A DNA stretch of 32,000 nucleotides from Caedimonas varicaedens (GTDB lineage Bacteria > Pseudomonadota > Alphaproteobacteria > Caedimonadales > Caedimonadaceae): assembly GCA_001192655.1 (NCBI GenBank), contig BBVC01000022.1, positions 11,141 through 43,140 on the forward strand, in the 5' to 3' direction. Shown piece by piece: positions 26,080-32,000 of this stretch (its first letter is position 1; the number at the start of each line of letters is the position of its first letter). The position numbers were made by a program, and so were the translations under genes. The notes under the pieces were generated by a model. It was not told the DNA's origin. It ran no database searches and was given only the letters and a program-made list of their open reading frames with translations.

Positions 26080-26475
26080 ATGGACGTAAAACCAGATTCT
26101 GCTGAACATACCATCAGAAAGGAAATTGCTAAGGCAATATTCAAAAATGAAGGAGAGACATTGTTAAGTTATCCCTATTCAAGTCAAACAATTCGTGCCG
26201 TTGCAAAAGCTGTGAATCTTTCTGAAGAAGACGCCCGCGCTAGTTTAAGAGATCTCATTCTTGATCTTTGGTATGACGATCTTTTTAAGTATTTTGAAGG
26301 ATTTTTAGATGGCAAGCATGAGTTATGGACAGGCGTTGAAAGCGCAGAAGTAGACGATGTGATTCCTGATTCAATCTTTATCCCCTGGCTCAAGGAGAAT
26401 GTTCAGAATTGCCTTACGAAATTTGAAAAGTATTACGGCAAGCTCAACTCTCAACAGATTAAATCAACCTTATAA
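26080..26475 (+). CDS. Hypothetical acidic protein.
   Basis: The 131-aa ORF has an SD-like sequence upstream. It lies inside the operon and I recognise no motif. Confidence 0.5.
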   Translation: MDVKPDSAEHTIRKEIAKAIFKNEGETLLSYPYSSQTIRAVAKAVNLSEEDARASLRDLILDLWYDDLFKYFEGFLDGKHELWTGVESAEVDDVIPDSIFIPWLKENVQNCLTKFEKYYGKLNSQQIKSTL

Positions 26476-26495
26476 ACTCAAAAAAGGACTTCATA

Positions 26496-27098
26496 ATGAA
26501 TTACAGTTATGACGCACAAAGCTATACAGACTTTAACGATGCGGAAGATCAAGCCTCGTTTGATCTGATTCCCGACAAAACCATTGCCAAAGTACGGCTG
26601 CACATCACACCCGGAGGGTTCACGGATGCCAAACGCAACTGGAACGATGGCTATGCCACCCATAATCCAGAGAGCAATGCTGTTTATCTTAAATGCGATT
26701 TTACGATTCTGGAAGGGCCGTATCAAAAGCGAAAAATATTTTCTAACATTGGACTCCATAGTGAAAAAGGCGTGACCTGGGCGAATATGGGACGGTCGTT
26801 TCTCAAAGGCATTCTTAACTCCGCCCGCGGCATTAATCCGAAGGATCAATCAGAGCAGGCATGCAGAGCGCGTCAATGTCCTCATGGTTTGGGAGATATT
26901 GACGGCATTGATTTTATCGCTCTGATTGAACAAGAGAAACAAGGCAGCGGAGAAAATCAAAAAACAAGAAACGTGATTCAAAAAGCCATTACGCCGGGAC
27001 ATAAGGATTACCCTGGGGCTCCGATGTCCTTTTCTCCCTCTTCCTCAACATATCAGCAGACCAGCCTTCCCAGCTGGGCACCTCAACACAAGAGCTAA
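26496..27098 (+). CDS. DUF669-like phage protein, the putative SSB-like partner of the Sak4-type ATPase.
   Basis: The N-terminal pattern is ..DFNDAEDQASFDLIPDKTIAKVRLHI..YLKCDFTILEGPYQKRKIFSNIGL. This resembles the DUF669 arrangement of an acidic N-terminus, F-x-x-I/L-P, then a beta-rich core. Its position between the AAA_24 and helicase genes supports the call. The family assignment is from memory, not a search. Confidence 0.5.
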   Translation: MNYSYDAQSYTDFNDAEDQASFDLIPDKTIAKVRLHITPGGFTDAKRNWNDGYATHNPESNAVYLKCDFTILEGPYQKRKIFSNIGLHSEKGVTWANMGRSFLKGILNSARGINPKDQSEQACRARQCPHGLGDIDGIDFIALIEQEKQGSGENQKTRNVIQKAITPGHKDYPGAPMSFSPSSSTYQQTSLPSWAPQHKS

Positions 27099-27101
27099 GT
27101 C

Positions 27102-28784
27102 ATGATTCTCAGACCTCGACAACAAGACCTGGTTCAACGGGCGCTTCACGCTCTGCATCAGAATGATAACACGCTCTGCGTCGCCCCAACGGGTGCAGGG
27201 AAAACAGTGATGCTGTCAGCGATCACGGCAGATTTTCTGAAGCATCCGAACCGCAAGGCGTGCATTTTGGCGCATCGGGATGAATTGACGGCTCAAAATC
27301 GGGATAAATTCAAACGGGTGAATCCTCATCTGTCCACAAGCGTTTATGATGCTTCAGAAAAGTCATGGCAGGGGTCGGCGACCTTCGCCATGGTTCAAAC
27401 TTTGTCCCGTGATCACAATCTTGAGACACTTCCGTCCCTTGATCTTCTGGTCATTGACGAGGCGCATCATGCGCGGGCGGACAGCTATATGCGCGTGATT
27501 GAAGGAGCTAAAAAACGCAATCCCCTGATCAAAATCCTGGGCATGACTGCCACAGCCAATCGGGGAGATAAAAGGGGCTTGTATCCCATCTTCTCCAATG
27601 TGGCCGATCAGATCACTATTGAAGAATTGATCGCCTCCGGCCATCTGGTTCCCCCTAAAACTTTTATTATCGATGTGGGCATTCAGGAGGCTCTCAAGCA
27701 ACTGAAGAAAAAGAAAACAGGCGATTATGATGACGGGGAAGTATCCTCCATTATGAATACGTTGCCTGTCAATGATGCTGTGGTTCAGACATGGAAGGAG
27801 AAAGCACACAACCGTCAGACCGTGGTGTTCTGCTCAACCCTCCAGCATGGGAGGGATGTACGAGAGTCATTTATTCGTGCGGGTATTGCTTGTGTCATGG
27901 TGGATGGAGAAATGGGAGATCAGGAGCGAGAGCAAACACTCTTCGCTTACACATCAGGTGCTGCGCGCGTGATTGTGAATGTGGCCGTTCTTACCGAAGG
28001 GTGGGACGATCCGCCAACCTCGTGTGTGATTCTTCTCCGTCTGAGTTCTTATAAATCCACTATGATTCAGATGATCGGTCGGGGTTTGCGCATCGCGTCG
28101 CCTGACGAGTATCCTCACGTTCATAAAACCGATTGTCTGGTTTTAGACTTCGGCATTTCCACTTTCTTTCACGGCAGTCTTGAAGACCAGATTAATTTGT
28201 TGGGACGAGAACCAACCCCGGGAGAGGCTTGCACCAAAAGCTGTCCTGAATGTGGCGGAGAAGTTCCCCTGGCTGTTCATGAATGCCCTTTATGCGGATA
28301 TGATTTTAGAGCAACAGCGACAGACGAACAGGACGCCCGCAAGCCTTTGACGCGGGAAGAGTTTGTCATGCAGGAGATCGAGTTGATCAAGAAGCGCTCG
28401 CCGTTTATGTGGATCCGTCCCCCTGAGAAAGAAAGCAAGGTTTTGTTGGCCAATGGTTTTAACGTCTGGAGCGGTGCTTTTTTCTATAACGGTCAATGGG
28501 TGGCTCTGGGGGCTTTCAAAAAGCAGCCTGCCCGTATTCTGGCGACAGGAGAACAAAACGTCTGTCTGTCCGCCGCCAATGATTTTATGAATCTTCATGA
28601 AAGCGAGCAAACAGCCCATAAATCCAAAGACTGGGTTTATCTTCCCCCCTCAGAGGCACAATTGAAATGGATTCCCGAATATCGGGATCGAAAAATCAAT
28701 CGCTATGAAGCTGGCGGACTCATGACTCTTAAATTCAGTAAAAAACACATTATGGATGCTCTGAAGGAGTCCACACATGGTTGA
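27102..28784 (+). CDS. Superfamily 2 DEAD/DEAH-box helicase (ResIII-like) with a C-terminal zinc ribbon.
   Basis: Motif I is VAPTGAGKTV, motif II LLVIDEAHHA and motif III GMTATA. The helicase C-terminal motifs are VNVAVLTEGWDDP and QMIGRGLR. The zinc ribbon is CPECGGEVPLAVHECPLCG. Confidence 0.88.
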   Translation: MILRPRQQDLVQRALHALHQNDNTLCVAPTGAGKTVMLSAITADFLKHPNRKACILAHRDELTAQNRDKFKRVNPHLSTSVYDASEKSWQGSATFAMVQTLSRDHNLETLPSLDLLVIDEAHHARADSYMRVIEGAKKRNPLIKILGMTATANRGDKRGLYPIFSNVADQITIEELIASGHLVPPKTFIIDVGIQEALKQLKKKKTGDYDDGEVSSIMNTLPVNDAVVQTWKEKAHNRQTVVFCSTLQHGRDVRESFIRAGIACVMVDGEMGDQEREQTLFAYTSGAARVIVNVAVLTEGWDDPPTSCVILLRLSSYKSTMIQMIGRGLRIASPDEYPHVHKTDCLVLDFGISTFFHGSLEDQINLLGREPTPGEACTKSCPECGGEVPLAVHECPLCGYDFRATATDEQDARKPLTREEFVMQEIELIKKRSPFMWIRPPEKESKVLLANGFNVWSGAFFYNGQWVALGAFKKQPARILATGEQNVCLSAANDFMNLHESEQTAHKSKDWVYLPPSEAQLKWIPEYRDRKINRYEAGGLMTLKFSKKHIMDALKESTHG

Positions 28785-28995
28785 TCGAAGTCCATTAGAA
28801 GAGCAGGCATTTGAGGCTATCCTGCCTGCTTTGGCGGAAGTCGTGGCAGAGATCGGCAAAGAAAAACCCCTTGATCACTACAGTCGTGAAGAAATTCAAC
28901 GGATTGTGGAGATCTGTGTCTGTGAATATCAGAGAGCTCTGCTGAAACTTCTTTCCGAACAACCTTCACATGAGGAGATTCCCCTCTCATGCTAG
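28777..28995 (+). CDS. Small hypothetical protein, translationally coupled on both sides.
   Basis: The 72-aa ORF has a start that overlaps the helicase stop by 8 nt. Its stop overlaps the nuclease start by 7 nt. Confidence 0.5.
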   Translation: MVDRSPLEEQAFEAILPALAEVVAEIGKEKPLDHYSREEIQRIVEICVCEYQRALLKLLSEQPSHEEIPLSC

Positions 28996-29729
28996 ACTTG
29001 AATGATACCTTTTCTGAAAAACTGAACCGGATTCTTGATCTTAAACTGGAACAGCAACGAAATGAACAACCGCCGCGAGATTACCTGGGCGCCTCTCGCA
29101 TGGGCGTGACCTGTGGACGCGCTTTGCAGTACGAATACATGAATACCCTCAAAGATGTTGATAAGGGCTTTTCCGGTCGTTCCTTGCGGATTTTTGAAAT
29201 GGGTCATGCCATTGAAGAGATGACACGGGAATGGCTCAGGCAGATCGGTTTTACCATTGTCACTCATAAAAATGGAAACCCTATCGGATTTGCCACGGCT
29301 GGTGAGCGCATTAAGGGACATGTAGACGGCGTTATTTTAGAAGCCCCTTCCGAACTCAGGATGACATTTCCTGCTCTTTGGGAATGCAAGTCCATGAATT
29401 CAAAATCCTGGAATGCGACAGCGCTAAAAGGGGTTCGAGAAGCCCATCCTACTTATGCGGTGCAAATGGCCGTCTATCAAGCCTACGTGCCGGGTCTGGC
29501 GGAAACCCCTGCTCTTTTTACCGCCGTGAATAAAGACACCGCCGAACTCTATCATGAACTGGTGCCGTTTGATGCTTCTTTGGCGCAGGAAGCCAGTGAC
29601 AGAGCCGTACAGATTTTGAAGGAAGCAGAAACAGAACATCTCTATCCTCGCATCACGACGGATAGAACGTCTTTTCTCTGTCGTTTCTGCGCGTGGTTTA
29701 AAACCTGTTGGCAGATAGAGTCGTCATGA
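28989..29729 (+). CDS. PD-(D/E)XK nuclease of the Cas4/RecB-like type with a four-cysteine (4Fe-4S) signature.
   Basis: The catalytic pattern is GHVDG ... LWECKS (D..ExK), with QxxxY-like YAVQMAVYQAY. One N-terminal Cys (GVTCGRA) plus the C-terminal CRFCAWFKTC (C-x2-C-x5-C) matches the Cas4/AddB iron-sulfur cluster arrangement. Confidence 0.75.
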   Translation: MLDLNDTFSEKLNRILDLKLEQQRNEQPPRDYLGASRMGVTCGRALQYEYMNTLKDVDKGFSGRSLRIFEMGHAIEEMTREWLRQIGFTIVTHKNGNPIGFATAGERIKGHVDGVILEAPSELRMTFPALWECKSMNSKSWNATALKGVREAHPTYAVQMAVYQAYVPGLAETPALFTAVNKDTAELYHELVPFDASLAQEASDRAVQILKEAETEHLYPRITTDRTSFLCRFCAWFKTCWQIESS

Positions 29730-31917
29730 ACCCCTTGAACGACTGCGACATTCATCTCTCCTGGACAGATTTTAACGATGCAGAAGACCAGGTCATCATC
29801 ACGCCTCGCTTGAATCGCAGAAGCGATAAGCAGGAGGTGGAAGAAGCGTTGCATCGCAAGATCGACCAAGCGTTGTTTTATCTCTTTCCCAACGGCGAAA
29901 CAACACGCCGTCAGTTTCTCATAGGCGATATTCAGGGAAGCGAGGGGGAAAGTCTCAAGGTTGAGTTAGAAGGGTCTAAAATCGGGCAGTGGTATGATTT
30001 TGCCACCGGTGAAGGGGGAGATATCTTCAAACTCTGGGGTCTTGCCAAAGGATGGGATGACCGCACCCGTTTCCCTGAGATCATCTGTGACATGAAGAAG
30101 TGGTTGGGGATGGCGTCTTCTGACAAGCCTCGTGTCCAAGAGAAAAAGAAACAGGAAGATCTGGGGTCGCCGACAGGAAAATGGGATTATCACGATGGAG
30201 AGGGCAAGCTCATTGCTTGCGTGTATCGCTATGACACTGTGAAAGGGAAGCAGTTTCGACCTTTTGATGTGACGACTCAGAGATACATTGCCCCTGATCC
30301 GCGCCCCCTCTATAACCTTCCTGGCATTGCTCAATCGGACAGTGTGATTGTGGTAGAAGGAGAGAAATGCGCCGAAGCGCTCATCCAGAAAGGATTTTGT
30401 GCGACCACCGCTATGGGAGGTGCCAATACGCCCTTGGAAAAGACCGACTGGTCGCCTCTGAAAGGGAAGCATGTGTTGATCTGGCCGGACAATGACACGC
30501 CCGGCAAAGAGTATGGGGATAAACTGGCCTCTTGGCTTCACAGACAGCCTGTTCTCTCTTTAAGCCGGGTGAATCTACCAGAAGATGTGCCGAAAAAATG
30601 GGACGCCGCCGATGGGGTCGCCGAAGAGCGCGATATTGAGGTCTTTCTGAAACATCATGCTCGGATGGTGCCTGATCAGGAGCACTCACAAGAAACAACC
30701 ACCGCCGTCTCTTCTGCTGTTTCTATTCGTGCTTTTTCCATGAAAGAATGGGATGCCGAACCGGGACCTATGCCTGAAGACCTGATTGCTCCACGCCTTT
30801 TTAACTCCTGGTGGATTGCTCGTCCTGGGAGGCGCTCCCAAGGTCGGGAAGACTGATTTTTTGCTGGGTTGGCTGGCACACATGTCCGCCGGACTCCCCT
30901 TTCTGGGCATGCAGCCCACGCGCCCCTTAAAAATCTTCTATCTTCAAGTGGAGATTCCCTATTATTATATGTGGGAACGAACGCAGCAGATCAACATCCC
31001 TCCCTCCTATAGACCTCTTGTGCAGGAAAAATCTTGTGATCACCGACAGTATTATGATGCGTCTGGATGAAGAGGGTGTGCCTCGTCTTATCCAAACCAT
31101 CCGCCAATTTTTTATCCCTGACGTGATTGTCATTGATCCCCTGCGCAATGTCTTTGATGGCAAATCAGAAAACGACAATATGGAAATGATGATGTTTCTG
31201 CAAGACCGCATTGAGGTCTTGCGGCGTCAGGTCAATCCCCTGGCTGGGATCATGTTGGTGCATCACACCCGTAAAATGAGCAAAAAAGAAGTCGGAGAGG
31301 ATCCGTTTCAGGCTCTCAGTGGCGCCAGTTGTCTCAGGAGCTTTTATAGTACGGGAATGCTGCTCTATAGCACCGATGAAGAAAAGACCCTGCGGCGTTT
31401 AGCCTTTGAGTTGCGATGCGGCAAGTCTATCCCCACCAAGTATGTAGATAAGATTGAGGGGCAATGGCAGGAGATGGATGTCAGTCACGCTCGTAGCATT
31501 CGTAAGGACTTTGGTGAGAAGTGCGATCAGGAGCGTAAACGGGTGACGGACGTGATTGTGACCTTGATTGCCGAAGCAGCGAAGCGAGGAGAGCTTTATA
31601 CGCCTACTCAATTCTCTCATGTGTTTGAAAACAAGGCAGGGTTAGGCGGAGAACGGTCTATTCACAGACGCATAGATGTGTTGGCATCCAATGGTTATAT
31701 CAAGTTTAATAGAGACCTTGCTATTCTAAAAGATTCCAATAGCAAATACGGTGTGATGTGCGTTGAGAACATGGAATACCTGGAACGAGAGGATGTGAAC
31801 GAGGAAACAGGCGAGATCATCGCCGTTATTAAAACCCTTCTGCCCACTCATTTCAAAGAACACGAACAGGGGGCGGTTTTACCCGTCGAGAATCCGGAGG
31901 TGTGGGTTTATGTCTAA
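29726..31917 (+). CDS. Toprim-domain primase fused to an AAA_25 (RepA/DnaB-like RecA-fold) helicase domain, split over three frames in this sequence.
   Basis: The Toprim motif is VIVVEGEKCAEAL...IWPDNDTPGKEYG in track ORF 29708..30856. Walker A, LVLGGAPKVGKTDF, is in ORF 30786..31070. Walker B and the sensor, VIVIDPLRNVF..MLVHHTRK, are in ORF 31018..31917. The junctions are at T5 30798-30802 and A5 31027-31031. ATG 29726 overlaps the nuclease stop (ATGA). Confidence 0.82.
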
Positions 31918-31970
31918 AAAATGTACACCCTCTGAAACCCGCAGAAAACTGCAAAATGTCAACTTGATGG

Positions 31971-31997
31971 TCAAAATGTCATCGTTTGACATTTTGA
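31971..31997. other. Perfect 11-bp inverted repeat (TCAAAATGTCA n5 TGACATTTTGA) just downstream of the primase-helicase gene.
   Basis: TCAAAATGTCA lies at 31971-31981 and its reverse complement at 31987-31997. A third direct copy, CAAAATGTCA, lies at 31952-31961. The window ends 3 nt later. Confidence 0.5.
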
Positions 31998-32000
31998 TGA

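Noticed and set aside
27102-29729. Helicase plus nuclease as a stand-alone anti-phage defence system (Hachiman/Gabija/restriction-like).
   Set aside because: The genes are translationally coupled into an operon with Sak4-like, DUF669-like and primase-helicase genes and sit behind an iteron array. That context fits element replication and recombination. I saw no defence-specific domain (DUF1837, ATPase-Toprim OLD-type, methylase).
31910-32000. A partial ORF starting at ATG 31910 as a confident gene call.
   Set aside because: Only 30 codons are visible and it overlaps a dense repeat or hairpin motif. It cannot be distinguished from non-coding sequence within this window, so it is reported only as an ambiguity in the findings.

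Overview
This window comes from an AT-leaning Gram-negative chromosome. The conserved blocks are rseP-bamA-skp-lpxD-fabZ-lpxA-lpxI-lpxB and prs-rplY(ctc)-pth-ychF. Their order and the use of lpxI are typical of Alphaproteobacteria. I infer a possibly host-associated Holosporales/Rickettsiales-like lineage, but this cannot be proven from the window alone.

Several accessory pieces interrupt the core:
- (a) An AT-rich orphan secreted-protein gene next to a compact IS630-family element with 31-bp terminal inverted repeats (9.6-11.5 kb).
- (b) An orphan vgrG tightly coupled to a MORN/YwqK-like repeat gene, followed by a 146-bp palindromic MITE-like element. A repeat-rich divergent intergenic region separates vgrG from a DHA2-type MFS pump (12.6-18.2 kb).
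- (c) A very AT-rich two-gene cassette encoding a ProP/MHS-like transporter plus an orphan protein (22.0-24.1 kb).
- (d) An array of 44-bp iteron-like repeats built around a CAAAAGTCGACTTTTG palindrome. It leads into a GC-richer, translationally coupled phage/satellite-like replication-recombination operon (24.2-32.0 kb). The operon encodes an HTH protein, a Sak4-like AAA_24 ATPase, a DUF669-like protein, an SF2 helicase, a Cas4-like 4Fe-4S nuclease and a Toprim primase fused to an AAA_25 helicase. No integrase or virion genes are visible in the window.

The most pervasive sequence-level oddity is ten reading-frame breaks. Every one sits at a short homopolymer, and they affect hemF, trmL, bamA, fabZ, lpxB and the primase-helicase. 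I read these as most likely homopolymer-length sequencing errors rather than real pseudogenes. This needs independent reads to confirm.

I recognised no rRNA, tRNA or CRISPR array by eye.
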